Shown piece by piece: positions 12,542-27,100 of a stretch of 64,000 nt of DNA. The DNA lies in NCBI GenBank assembly GCA_905178155.1, contig CAJINV010000007.1, positions 3,986,265 through 4,050,264 on the forward strand. Reading direction: 5' to 3'. The first letter of the stretch is position 1, and every line of letters starts with the position of its first letter. Source of the DNA: Amoebophrya sp. A120. Taxonomy: Eukaryota > Protista > Dinoflagellata. The notes beneath the pieces were generated by a model. The model saw nothing but the letters and a program-made list of their open reading frames with translations. It ran no database searches and was not told where the DNA came from. The position numbers and the translations under genes are program-made.

Positions 12542-15119
12542 AAAAATATATTGATACCGCTGCGACGAAAATACATTTAGAGTCACTAAAAAAAGAGATG
12601 AGCTCACTTCTGAAGGTGAGTTGACCACCGACCCCGCACGACTATCGCGACCCAGGGGGCCACGGGCCCCAATCCCGACGCCAGGGGCACCGTTTGCCTC
12701 ATGGATGGCGCCGCGGCCGAAGCACAGCACCGGCCTAATATGAGCACGGTGCAATCATAATGTCAGCCTCCAGCTTTGATGCTCCTACTCCTTCAAGCTG
12801 CGAGCTGCTTCGAGTTCGATGGTAAAGTTTTTCGATGGACAATGCATGCTTTCCGTTTTCTCTTTTCGTAGCCAAACGATATAGTTTATTTTTCAACCAC
12901 GACTACTACAGAGCGCAAAGAAAAAGTATTCGCAGCTGCAATTTTTTTTGAGTCAGTCCCTCTGGTGCGTGGCTGCGTCTTCTCGGATGAGGATCAGTCA
13001 CACGTCGTGTTTGTTTTTTTTTCTGAACGTCAAAAGTTTCGGAGCGGCCCGACTCTCGGCCCTTTTCAAAATTCGACCTCTGTCTATGAACACCGAAGAG
13101 CAGCAAAGACTGCCAGAATAAATCGCAGAAAGATGCAGAGGCAACGAGCTTTTTTTTCCAAGTCTACTCGCGAGGTGGGCTTTTTGAGTCTGTTTTTGCA
13201 GCTCTTTCCTTCGCATTTTGTAGTTTATAATTTTCAGAAGTTCTTGTGCCGCTCGTTGTCTCCCGATTCTCGTGGAAAAAAGTCGACTCTTACTCACTCA
13301 ATATACAAAATCTTACCACACTTGCAGAAGTGCCCAGTTGCATTTTTTTTGAAGAACGTGATGCGTATACGGGACACAATGACATTGATAACAACTACAC
13401 CGGAACCCGGGTGCTGGTGTGGCCCAATAGGTGCAGTTTGTTTGAAAAAATCGCAAGCATAAGAGGCACCCAGCGTGAACCGAAGCAAACACACAGGCAC
13501 CAGGGCTGCCGCGTGTTGTTTTTATTCTATCTTCCGCTTGATGCAGAAACTGAAAATCAAAATATTAATTAAGATATGTCTACAAAGACCTTGAGCTTGA
13601 CGAGCAGCAGGAGCAGAGCTCTATTAATTTCCTTTTCTGCTCTCATTCTTTATTTGGTTTCTTGTTTTTGAAAGTCACTCCCACACCCACTGCTCTTTTT
13701 CGTTGACGATATTTTTTTTATATATATCATATAGAAGAAGAGGACTTCGATTCCTACCCGCCTTTGGTGCTTTAGTCGCGTATTTTTCTACAAGCAAGAA
13801 TGGGTGATGAAAGAGGGAGTCAACAAAGCTAAAGCTGTACTATGTACATGGCAGGCGAAGGTGTGGCCTCCGTACAGCTTGAATGTGGAAAGGCACAGGC
13901 TTCATTCAACGGGGTCACCTCTATGGCAACAGGGCAGTGGCTTTCAATCCTGCCGTGTGTCGGAGAAGGGTAAGGGAGCATTGCCGACTCAGGCTCCCTA
14001 TCGTCGTCAAGAAATTGATCAAAGAACTTGATCTGTGCACAGAGATGCGTCAGCTTTCGTTTTTCCTAGTATTCCTATTTTCAATTTTCTCGCGCAAATT
14101 TTTTTATAGGAGTCTGCTTTTTGTTGGTTCCAGCTCGCTGTGAGATAGTGAAATCTTGAAATCTATATTGCAGATGTCTGCTCGTCAAAACGTCAAGCAG
14201 CCAACAAGTATCAGCTGTGTCTGCAGCAGGTTGTCGTTTTTTTTTCATCAATCACTGAAAATGAGTTGTATGTAAAGTCTGTAGTATCAGGTGATATGTC
14301 CGAAGCATGAGCCTAAGAGCGAGATGCCAGGTATATCAAAAAATGAAACAAAGCGACTAAGTAGCGCTGCTATTAAAAACAAGTATGTAAATGTTGAATA
14401 GTTGTATGCCTTGTTTTCACTACCCGTAGCAGTGGAAACAAACAGACGGAGGGGCATGCAGGACGAAGATCTCCCAGAGGATGATCTTTGCGGCCAGCGA
14501 AAAAGGTCCACCTTCACACGTAGTAATCGGGCTCTTTTCCAGGAAAATACGGCTCTGGGATTTTCCTTAAACTTCCACCAGTTTCCGTGTCAAGAGCACC
14601 AGCAAGCTTCTTGGGCGGTCCACACTCCAGGAGCTTTTGTGCCCTGTTCCTGTACAACTAACCTGAGAATCTTCCACTGCGTTAGCAGATGAAATGGTCT
14701 CGGTTCTTGCCGACCACTACTTCATCTGGAGGTGGTCTGCTGCTTGCAGCCTATTTCGTCGTCCCACTTGAGTGCTAGTACGCTGATCCAAGATGATCAT
14801 AAACGTTGGCGTGTCGATCTTTTGATTTTTTTTTGTCGTGCCGGTGCCGTGCCTGAGCTAGCAGCTAGGGGCTACAGCTCATTTGATTTGATCAGTGTTT
14901 TTCTCTTCACGCCCGTTTCAATATTATTCTTTGCTCTTTTCTTGGCAAGATGTGATGCCACATTGTTTCCAGATCAACTTCTACACCACGGATCATGTGA
15001 GGAGCGTGGTCTTCGAAAAATAATTTGTGCTTGTCGGTGTAGTAACACAGCAATTTGTTTAAGTTGGGCAAGAGCCTCGAGCTACATGATACGTATAATT
15101 CGCAATTATTGAGAACGAC

Positions 15120-18100
15120 ATGCCTCGAAAACAAGAGCCTTCCTGTTTCTGCTGTCCACGCACGGGTCGTGGGGGCGACGCTCTCACCACAACGTCAATC
15201 GCTCCCACACATATGGCGTTCTCAAACGTTACATTCTCAATTGTTACATGAGTTTGTCATGCAAAACTACCATCATCATCAACAAGGTCAAGCTGCTTCG
15301 CATGACAAATTTGCGAAGGGCTAAACACCACCGAAATCTGCGTGGCATTTGTAATGCAATTTTTGCAATCTTCCCTCTTTGGCTTTTGCCATTCTTGCAT
15401 TACAGATTCATGTAACAGTTGAGAATGTAACGTTTGAGAACACCATAACACAGTTGGAGGCTTTGTTTTGGAAGCGGCGCGTTTTGTCCAACCGATTTTG
15501 GCTCGCCTCCGCACTGGAGGCGTTCCTCCCCGTTCTCATCTTTTTATCCGTGTTGTGCTATTTTTCTCTCTACTACAGAGGTGGTGAAGAAGATGATAAG
15601 AAGTTCGCAGAATTCATCCACCCCGTCCCTGCTGACGAGGGAGGTGGAGCGATTTTCCGTGGCGGTTTGCTGGCGGGAAAAGGAACACCGGAGCACGGAG
15701 GTACGAGTACGGCCGCGTTTCGGTTTGCGCCGTATCGTCGCAGGAGCGCTCACCCTGCCGCGCCAGTCGCTTACACCCAGCCGATACCTCCGCGCGTAAA
15801 GGATGTCCCCCCGAGCGCCGACCTGCGCCAGGAGTCCGACAACCTCTACCCGGGGCAACTTCTTATTTACAAGCGGCCCTTCCTTCGAGACCTGGTAGAG
15901 ACTGCGAATAACGCTGGCGTCCGCCCAACGGACCTCGGGTCGTGGCTCACTTCATCCGCTACGCATTTATCGTCCTTGCGAGATGAAATATTGAACAAGG
16001 ATCAACTACATGTTCCTGTCCAGGAGCATCGTCATGGAATGGCAACAGCACCAGTAGTGCAAGCGAGAAGATCGACAACGTCGTCTCAGTTACGCACCAC
16101 AACGAGGACGGCCGTTGCCGGCCACAAAAACAGATGCAAGCTCTTCGCTTTGATTTCGGACGACCCCCTTTTTATTTCGCAGTTCCAAGCAGACTACAAG
16201 GACGCTTTCCGCACGGATACGACAACAAAAGAAATCTTCGAAGAGCACGGCTGTGCCACAAGCACGACCGGTCGCATGCAGCAAGACGGTGGTGGGACGG
16301 ATGAAGTGGAGGATATAAGAACAAATAGCGCGCCACCAGCTCCTGCAGCAGATGAAGTAGTTCCCCTTGTAGTTTCGGGAACAACTACAACAAGAACGGG
16401 AACTATTGAACATCAACATGTCGCAGCCGCTCCCACGACCACAGCCGGACGAGCGGGTAGTACGACGACAACTTCTAAGGACCACGAGCTGTTGCAGGAC
16501 CCTCCACGCGGCATTTTGCGGGTCTTTTCCTCTCGACAAGAATTTTTTCGCCTGTGGAGCAGGTCCCTGAACATGTTGCGGCGCGAGAACATCAAGTCTC
16601 CTGTGACCACTGCGACCACACTTCTCGCTGGTAGTGTCGGGACACAACAACTTCTACTCGAGCCCCCTCATCAGACCACTGATCCTCCCGCGGCGTTGCA
16701 CGTGGAGAAAGGGCGGCAGGAGCTGCTGGTGGGCGGGCTTACTGCTGGTGAAGACGACCGCGATCATCACGCGGACAGCCGACAAGACGGGCACCACGAC
16801 CTCCAAGGTTCTGATCTTGGTCCTACTTCTGCGGATCTTCATGAGTTTGACTGCACGCACTGGCATTTTTGCTCTGCTGCCTTCTACGCCATTGTTGAGG
16901 TCTTGAAGACCCCTACTGCAGCTGCTCCGAACAGTGGTCCGAAAGACGACCAGCGGCGGACTTTAGCTCGTTCCGGCGAGGTGGAACCAAGCATGACAGA
17001 GCAGGAACTACAAATCGACGAGGCATCAATTCCAATTCATCCTACGCACGACGAGCCGGCGAGCGCTCCGGGCAGCACATCCTTTTCGCTGCCGGCTGGA
17101 CGCAGCGTTCGAATTCAACACGTGGTAGCACGACCGGCTCCGCAAATAGAAAACAACTCTTTAATGCTCCGCGAGCATCAAGAGGATGATCATGATCAGA
17201 TTTATTTGGAAAGAACGCACACGGCCGCGGCCCCGAGCACTAGTTTCGAAAATAATAAGAACACAGCTGCGCCTGTTCGTCATATTAAAGAAGAAGCGCC
17301 GGGGGATCAGGACCGCTTTCAGGAAAGGCAGAACATTTTCCAGGCCGTGGCCCTGTCGCTGCGCAAGCTTGCACGAAGATCAAAATGGCAAGAAGGGGAA
17401 TTAGAAGCAGACGACGAGAGGTTCTTGTTTTCTAGTGGACAAGACACCTCCCCGACCGGCGTCACGGTGCTTCGAGGTTTCTTTCCGAGCTTCCCGCAGA
17501 TTGGCATGCACAGTAGCAGCGTTGGGGGCAACACCTCTGAAGAACAACGTCAGGAGATGTTGGATGACAACACAACCAAAATAGCGAAAGGAGCCAATCT
17601 TTCGCTAAGTGACTGCGAACGAGTGCTCTTGCTCGCCATTTTGTTCTCGTTTCCAGTGGTCTTTTTCCGGACGGTGTTCGAGCTGATTCACGAGCGAAAT
17701 TTAGGACTGAAGGAAACACTCAAGTGTTTTGGACTGCGGGATCGGTTTCACTACTTCTACCGGTTTTGGTGTCCTGACGGCTACGATTGCACGGGAGGTT
17801 TGTTCGTTTTCGCGGTTCTTTCGGCGATTGGGATGCACGTGCTGCTTGTCTTCGCGGACGATTCGTTCTTTCGTCCGGCTGCTCAAGCAGGCAGGCCAGC
17901 GTTTGGATCGGCGGTGCTGGACCTCTTCGCGTCCTTCTGCTCCACCGGCGGGATCGCTTCCCTGGCCAAGTGCACCCTGTTGACGTTTCTGTTCTTCGCG
18001 GCCGTGCGCGCGCAGGCCTCCGCCTGGTCCTGTTTGTGGAGCGAGGCCAACACTGGGGCGGTGTCCGGGTGTCTCGTCTTCGCCGCCCCTCTTTTGTACC

Positions 18101-21100
18101 ACTTGAGCCAGATTTACGGGGCCTGGCATCTTGGCAGTGGCGGGGGCTCGGTGCTAGGGACGAGTCGACGTCCGAGCATTGGCAGAGGCGCAGATCACGA
18201 GGCTGTTGACCACGACGACGGACATCTTTTTAGTAGTTGGAACTCTCCGGATGATCCTCGTCCCGCAGCCACCAGGCTACTGGGGGATCGATATGGAAGT
18301 GTCAGGTTTGAAATCGACAAAGTTGAAATAATTTCTCACGCATAAATTGCAAGGCATGAAGTGCCTCTGTTGCAGGGATCGATGACAAGCGAGGCCGACG
18401 GTCACCCTGTTTGGGGTCGCATGGCAAAAGACGCCTTCCGCCCCGAAACAGCGCAACGAACTGGATTTAGACGGCGCCGCTTGAAAATTGACCTTCCAGC
18501 AACTGGTATCGATTTTATGCATTGCAAGTTACTTATTTCAACTTTGTCGATTTCAAAAATCCTGACACTCCCATAATCGAGAGCGAGATGTTGATACGTT
18601 TTCGGGTGAAATGCAAATGACGGGACCGACATCAACTGCCACTTCTTCGCTCTTCACGTCGATCCTTGTGCCGCACACGGATTTTGTGCACGGAGCCACC
18701 GAACTCCTTGCGTTGCACCGAACGACAAAATTTCAAATTGTTGACCACAGCCAGCACTACAACTACCAAAGGAGCGATGCAACCTCCACCTCAGGACAGC
18801 AGTTACACGACCTGCATCTTCAGAAGAAGCTGCGATCTGCGGCGAAGCTGGAGGGCGAGCGCGAGTTTCACCTGGAGGAAGTGAGCCAGAGCGTGTGCCA
18901 CTTGCTCGCCAGTCTGTGCTTCTACCTGGTGCTCTACTATTACTTGGACCAAACCATTCGCCACGCGAACTGCAGCCGCCAAAAGCCGTGGTTTCTGTTT
19001 ACGAAAAAACACTGGAAGGGCGTGATATTCGGGTACGAGCGGAGTGCGGGAGGTGGGCGTGCCGGGTGGGGAAAACACGGCAAGCAGATGCTCGCAGGAC
19101 GACTGGAAAATAACCATCCGCCATCCTCGTCCAGCCCTACTGTTCCTCGTTCGGCTGTTGCACCACGAGCCCAGCAGCAGAAAAGTTCTGGTGGTGCGCA
19201 GTCCACGCTAGCACAGGAGGACAAGGTCGAGCTGGACGAGAAAACCGAAAACAGAGCTGGTGACGGCTTGTTGCTGGCTGCGTCAGCTCGTCCGGAGGTA
19301 CTTGTGCCAGACGACCGGTCCTCCGACGGCAGAAGCAGCAACAGCTCGTGCTACTCACGCAAGCCGGCAACCGCAGCGGACCTGCAGCAGAAGGTCATGC
19401 GGTTGTGGGAAGAGGATGAAGAGGACGATGATGATGATGATGAAAGCACCGGGCTGATGCACGGATTATTTCCAGAGCAGGACTCGTCTAGGAGCTATCC
19501 TTTCGTAAACAGAGTGCGGGGCTTTCTCGGGGAAGAGGACTACGATTGTAATGGAAACCTGGTGGAACGTCCCCCAGAGCTGTCCAGCGAGGAGATCGCC
19601 CAGCAAGTGCAGCGATTGCGCGACGCACAAGCGCAAGTAGAACTGGATCATGTAAAGGCGCAGCAGGTGAACAATAGTATACAGGGCCGCAGAGAAGTAG
19701 ACGCTGAAGACGCGGTGGGCGAGCATATGAATAATGCGAACGCTCGAGGAGGACGTTCGCAGAGTAAACATCCGCAGCGGGTGGCGCAACTACAGACATC
19801 ACAGCAGCACATGGCAACATCATTACAGCATAATTTTTATCACGAACAGATTCAGGACGAGCGGCTGCTGCGGTGCGAGGTACTGAATCTGATTGCCGAC
19901 ATTCGAGATTTGCGCGTCACCTACAAGCGGACAAAGGTGCTCCGGGGCGTGAATTTGAAAATGTACCCGGGAGAGATTTTCGTACTGCTCGGCCACAACG
20001 GCGCGGGGAAATCGACAACAATGAAGGTTCTTGCAGGGTTTATCTCGGACTATGCCGGCGACGTGTCCATTTTCGGGTACAAGAATCAGATCGAACTGAT
20101 GCGGAAGACTGGGGAAATTGGTTATTGTCCGCAACACTGCTCGTTGTTCGAAGATTTGACGGTGAAATATTCCCTGAAAATTAACCATCCCCATCCAATT
20201 TGTCATGCAAAACATGTAGGAAAGTCTGTGTTTGTCATGCAAAAAGTGGATGGGGATGGTTAATTTTCAGGGAATATGAAAGAGCATCTCCTGTTCTACC
20301 AAAAGTTGAAGCAGCGAAAACGTGGGGGACGTTTGACGACGAGGGCGGGCGTTCGTTCAGTGACGACCAGCGGCGAACAGCGGCAGCACGACGACGACAA
20401 GGGTCATGAAAATGATGAGAATTATTACGTCACAAGCTCTTCAAGAACAACTACAGAAGCTGCTAGTGCCTTGCTGGCGGACCAACTGCTCTCCGATCTC
20501 AGTCCGGAATTGTTCGACTTGCGAGACCAACTGGTGAAGCAGTTGTCGCCGGGCAACCAGCGTCTCCTCACCGTCGCCCTCTCGTTCGTGGGCAATCCGC
20601 GTTTTGTCATTCTCGACGAGCCCACGTCGGGGGTCGACCCCATCACGCAGCAGCAGATTTGGGAGTTTTTGCACAAGTACAAGCGGAGCCGGATCATCAT
20701 GCTCACCACGCACTGCATGTTGGAGGCTGAACGCATCTCCGACCGCGTGGGCATCATGAACGAGGGACAGATCCGGTGCTGGGGCAGCTTCGCGTTCTTG
20801 AAGCGAAAGTTCGACTGTGGCTACAAACTGTTGCTGGAGCTGAACAAGGATTATTTCCTCGAGCGGAAAGTGGAGAGTAGTGCTCTGTTGTCCAAGTTTG
20901 CCGATCCCTTTCAATATAATAACGATCAGGATTACAACTCGCTGGTTCCGGCTCCTGGTGGTGCAACAGCAGAAATATTACACTCGGCAGCTGGTCGTGG
21001 TACTGGTTCTGGTGGTGCTACGAAAATTTCCTCTGCTTACAACCCGGGCAACAACATCGCAGAGATGAAGGTCAATCCCCTAGACGACGACTCTGACGAC

Positions 21101-24100
21101 GGCTTCAACTTTCTCCTCGGGCCCAGTTCCCGCAACCGTCGCGCTTTTGACGCGATGAATAGTCGGAACCCGCCGGGCTATCCAGGAAAAAACACTCATC
21201 CCCCTCGAATTTGTCATGCAAATAAACTTTCATAAAGATAAATTTCTGTGTTTACCATGCAACAAATGGATGGGGATGGGGTGTTTTTCCTGGATAGTAC
21301 GGTGGCGGGAAGATTTGTCGCCCAGCAAAAGCACAGCCACCAAGTTGTCGATACGCAGACGCAGATAAAGGACGAAAAGGACTTTTGTTTCGCGATGCAG
21401 CACGACTTCTTTCCGACGGTTTTTCAAGATTGCGAGGAGTTTTATGACCGACCGCAGTCGCCATTGTTTCCCTTGTACAAGATCAAGACGATCATCGACG
21501 AAGAGAGCAAAGCCAGCACAAGCGGTACAAACGGCTTTCTTGCCGGGCTGCTTTCCGATACAACTTGCCCCTCCGCAGGACCACACAGTGCAGATCATAG
21601 TAGCTCCGCGGTACACTACGAACTTGTGCAAGATTTGGTGACCGGGAAAATATCCATAAAAAAACACTATATCCCCATGTTGATCCTCCAATTACAATTT
21701 GTCAGGCAAGCAATCATGCATGAAAAAAATCCACACGACCACTGCTTGGCATGCAGCTAAGAATGGATGGGGACCATCATCAGGGGTGATGCTTTTTTTT
21801 CTGGATAGAAAAACGAGATCTGCGTCAAGCTCCTTAACAGCCAAGCAGATCTCTCTAGTGGATCTGGTGCTGCGTCCGCGACGTCCAATTGTACAAGCTT
21901 GCTGTCCAGTATTTTGCGCCGCTTCGAAACGGAGTTGAAGCACGGCGTAGAGCTGCAGCCCCCAGCTCCAAAGAAGAACAGACTCGACGGGTCTTCTAAC
22001 CACGCGGAGGTGGACCACGTAGAGGAAGACATCGAACCAATCTTGCAAGGTGGCATCGGGTCGGTTGTAGTCGGTTGTGAGCATAACTTGCTTCAACATA
22101 TGAAAACACGCAACTTGTTTCCCTCCCCCTCATTAGCATGGCCATGGCGTGAGCAGCATCACAGACGACATAAGAAATGATCAAAATGTACTTAGTGCCT
22201 ACTGCGTACTGAAAAATTGTCCTAGCAGGAACTTCAGTGCGGTTCGGGATGCGGGAAACTGTCACACAAAGTGAAGATGCGCGCACGCAGCAACAGCATG
22301 TGGAATTGTTCTGCTTTTGCATGACATCAGTCGAGTGGGACGAGGAGGAGTTGTGCACTCTCATACAGCAGGATAGTACGACGAAGATGAACAAGCTGCA
22401 GGGCGGAGCATTGAATGCTAAGTCGTCGAAGAACTCGAAGATTGCAACTGCTGCTTTCCCAAAAATCGTTTCCAAAGTTTCCATTGAAAATTGCAACTTG
22501 GGCGATGTTTTCCTCAAGATTGCAGCCAGCAGTACAAGTACATCTACAACTTCGGACGACTACTCCACGGCTGGGACTGCAGGAGCCATCTCATCTCCCT
22601 CTGACGATATTGAGCCGGAGGACTACGCAGGACGAGGAGCATGGGACGGAGTCAATTTTTCGCAGAAGGAAGCGAGGAGCCACAAAGTCCCTGCAAACGA
22701 TGAAAATGAATTTAGGACTCAGCAAAGCGTATCTGCAGCTCAATCCATCGTGAAAAGTGCGAAGTATCACTCGATCGACCACGACGGACGAGCACGAACA
22801 ACAAATGCGCGGCCAGGAGGAGCAGGAGGAGCCCCAGCCGCTACTACAAGCACTGCAGCACAGATAGTAAATCGATCTCGGAGCAGGGGCAGCCGCGCTC
22901 TGTCGGTTGCTTCGAGCGGAGCTGTTTCTTTCTACGAGGAAGGAGAAAGTAGAACGAAGACAACTGGGACAAAAACTACAACTGGTTTCGCTTTACCGAC
23001 ACGAAAGAAAAAGCAAAATAATAATTACGGGGAAGATCATCTTCATGTTGAGGATGATTTGTCCAGCAATGCGGACTCCGTGCAGATGTCGCACAAAGCT
23101 CTGGTCGTTTCGAGAAACACCACGGGCCAGAAGTCGCGAAGGAATTCCGTGGGGCTTCTAGCTGGTGAGGAGGCGGCAAACAAGCCTAGAGCAGGAGCAG
23201 GCTTTCTTGGCAGCACCCTGGCTGTGAGAAATCTCATTCCGTTTTTCAATCGGGCCGGCAAGGACCACGAGCAGTGTGCTTCTATTGAGGAAGGTGGCAG
23301 GAGCTTCTCCACGGGTAATCTCAACAACTCCTGCTTCCAAACCTGCCAAAAGCGCATCCGCACCAGCCGTCGCGGGCGTGTTTTCTCTGCGCTGTTCGAA
23401 ATGCGTTGGCTGACCACGCGCCGGGATTTCCAGTCGCTGATCCTGACACTCTTCGTGCCGACGCTGTTTCTCACGCTCGGTTGTCACTTCTTCTATCAGC
23501 AGCGGGCGAAAGTGCTGTGGAGCAGCATGCACGGCCGCCGAGGACCAATAGTGGAGCAAGGAACGGCAGTAGAGGTGTCTTCTTTTTCACTTCCTGCAGC
23601 GGGCAGTCCTGAGGACCCCACGGCACTCGGCTTAGTGTTTCAAGGCAAAAAGCTTCTTGCAGGCATAGCAGGCAACAAGATTTTTAACACCGACCACGCG
23701 TCGGCCTTGCCAACGACTTCCAGTGCGGTTGCGAACCCCGTCGCCGGAGCTCCACCACCACCTGCGCAAAGTAGTAGTAAAAAAGAGGCCCAGGATGTTG
23801 AACGTGATTCACACGACCCAGCACACAATCAACTCCACAACCTCCACGCACTCGGACGAACGAAAACCGAGGCTGCTACGGGCCGCAAGCCGCGCATTTT
23901 GTACGTGCGCGTGCCGAAAGCGAAAGCAACCGGAACTGGGGAACCAGAAAACGAAGTAGATCCTCAGGAGGCTAGAACCTCTCCTGGCACGACACCAGTA
24001 CTACCAGTAAACAATTTCCACGCTGACGTCGCGACGGCGGTGCGGAAATTTGGCTTGAAAAATGTCGAGTACGTAAATCCAAACACAATTTTCGGGAGTA

Positions 24101-27100
24101 ATGCGAATGCTGCGCCCTCCTCGTCCACAGCGACGACAGGAGTAGATTCAGATCGTGCTGAGCAACAGCAGCAGACACCATCCGATTCGAATTTCTTCAA
24201 CATTAACGAGGTTGCCAACCGTCTCGATTTTTTCACGGTCGTCGCAAGTGCGGGAAGTGATGATAGTCAACAACATGCTGCTCCCTTGCCTGTTCAAACT
24301 AGCACGACTGCCGCGGACGACGGTACCACGGCATCGCGTGTCGTCCCACTGTTATCAGGCACATCGGACGAGCAGCAGTTGGCAGCTACGAAAAGGAAGC
24401 TACTGTATCGTGCCTACGTGGCCCAGCGGCTCATGGCGCTCAATGGGATAAGATTCGAGCTCGCGGGAGCAGGAGGAACTGCTGGTGGCACTGCTGTAGT
24501 TGTTGATGGTGCTTCTAGAACAAGAAGCGCAACAAGCGACGTAATAAAGCTCTCCTCTGCTTCTGCTGCCGCCAAAGCCGCGCGAGACTACATGTTACCC
24601 CAATTTGTCAAGGACATGATGGTGGTGCCACCCCCTGTTGCGACGTCAACCTCTGCAGACCACTTGCCGTCTGTCGTCAAAACTTGCACGTCTTCGGACC
24701 GCCCGGCTGGCCAGCTTCGCGGTCCTGGACAAGACTTTCGATCCTTCCGCGACACTTTCAAGGGCGTCTATTCGCTCGCAAAGTTGCAGGACACGGCCGT
24801 GCGAATCTCGGGGGTGTCTGCCGTCCTCATTGCCGAGAGAAAACTTACCTTTCTGGAAGATAGTAGGAGTTCTGGCCGTCGTGACAAGAACGGGAAAACG
24901 TTACAGAGTCAGGAGCAGCTTCCCTTCTGTGCGGTGACAAAAGAAGAGGATATGAAAGTGCATAACTGACAACTTCTCCCCGCCTCATTTGTCATGCAAA
25001 ACCAAAATATTACCAAATCCTAATCCACCCGTTGTCTCTTGGTCTTGCTCTTCGCACTTTTTTGCATGATAGGTTCTGACAGCCCAATAAACAGCGCGAC
25101 CACAATCCTGCGCTATTTTTTCATGCGAAACCTGCATTCTTTTTCTTGCCGACCACCCTTGTACTAACTTTTGCTGTTCATGCCCCGGGGGAGTAGTTGT
25201 GTGCACCCTGATAGCGGAAAAGCAGATTGCAGAGGTGTTTTCATCGACGAAGGAGTCCTCCGCTGTAGTTCGTCATGCTGGGGACCTTGACAGCAGGCGC
25301 ACTGCAGGAGGTCGACGTGCCTCGAAGGTTTTTCGAATTCCGGATCTGGGCAAAAATGAAGAAGACCGACAGCGAGGACCAGATGCTGTCGTGGATTGGA
25401 ATGCCCTGCGGCACATCTGCTGTAAGCTGCATCATGCCCCGAAAGATGAACAAGATAGCGAGGCGCAGCTACTCCAAGGGCAGGCGGCAGCTGCCCACAA
25501 TCTGTTCGCATGTGACGTTAATGGGCTGTTCCTGTCTGTGGGGCTCACGTCCGCGAGGAACAACGACGGCGAGCAAGTACGACAGGGTACTAGCGCGGGA
25601 GAGGATAAAAAGCACGACCAGAGCAAACTGCTGCACCCCACGTACGTCCAGGTCCTACCTTCGCCACAAATAAAGCCGCGGACCAGTAGAGGCGACGCCG
25701 ACGCCACCACTTCATTTGATGGTGCACCGTGTAGAACTCAAAAGCAAGAAGCTGCGACAAGAACCCAGGAGCAACGAGCGGAGAATCATGAACCAGACGA
25801 ACCCGGCTCCGTCACCGCGACGAAAACAAGCAAAGCGGGGTACGTGGTGTTGTCGCAAGACAAGATCCTTCTCAATCTACCGGTTATTGATGCACGGGGG
25901 AACGTATGCATTGCAAATATATCTGGGTCCTCTGTTGAAATTTGTCTTGTCATGCTTATCCGACATGACTGCAGAGATTGTGTTTGTGATGAATGTCGAT
26001 GGTTTGTGATGAATGTCGATGTCCATCAAATTCAAATAAAGGCCTCAGTGTTTGTCATGGAAAGATCGACGTTGCTCGCCATGCGGATGGCGCAACACTA
26101 TAGGCGGCGCTCAATATCTTCTCATGCTTAGCTCCTGTTCCTTGCAGAAGTCCATTTTTCATTTTTCACAGGTGAGCACATACAACGAACTTGAACTTTC
26201 CTGACCCAGACATATTTTCACTCAAGAATAGAACAAGCTGGGTAGAAGTAGTAGCACCGATGAACTACGGGCCCCCTCCCACGTTGTCGTCCCGGTTGCT
26301 GCAGTCGGGTTTGACGCTTTGGGTAGCGGAGTGAAAATTTCCAATTTCTGGTACATGCAAAACAACAATCAAGCTGTGCTCGCACCGCGAGAAGGTGAAT
26401 TTATTGTATCGGACGGCCAAAGCGTTGCGGTTGCGGAAGATGTTGACGAGATGAAATCTGCGTCGAAGCTGGAGCTGGAGTTCCTAACTTACGCACAGGA
26501 ACAACAACAGCGTACAACTTCTCCCGGGGCCGGTGCAACCGGTGGAAAAAGTGAAAGTAAAGAAATTGATGTGAAGACCGCTTCAACAGCTGCTTCCTCG
26601 ATTTTGTTACCTCGCCGTGGAGAAGACGATGTCAGTCGGTGCTACATGCTTCCAGCGCAGGAGCTGCGGAGGTGGAATAATTTTTGCCTGCAACCCACCG
26701 GACCGACGACGACCTCTTCTCTGCTTGGCCCGTTGATCTCTGTGAGGACGTCAACGCCTCTGCTCCTCTGGACCGTGCACTCTCGCAAGCTCCAGCTCGC
26801 TGCCAGCGCCGCTACGGATACGCCCTTCCCGGTGCACCCGCTGGTGACGCTGCGGCAGACGCGAGCCTTTCGGGCAGACTTGGCGATTCTGGATTTCGAA
26901 CAGGAAAACGACATCACGCTGATTACCACTAACGCAGATGAAAACGACGCGAAAAGTTTCCAGGCCTTGCTGCTGTTGTACTCGTCGAATTACTTTTCAA
27001 CATCTTCCAACGGCGGGGGAAAGCTAAAGAACACCGATGGTCGTGAGGATCTTATCGGAACAAGCCCAGACGCGTTTAAAATCACCAGTGCCAGTTTCGG

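Noticed and set aside
13851-13970. Possible isolated exon bounded by cag and gtaagg
   Set aside because: No recognisable product and no linkable neighbouring exons.
20161-20290. Programmed frameshifting, stop readthrough or a variant genetic code as the cause of ORF breaks
   Set aside because: Breaks coincide with discrete TIR/DR insertions whose removal restores conserved motifs under the standard code.
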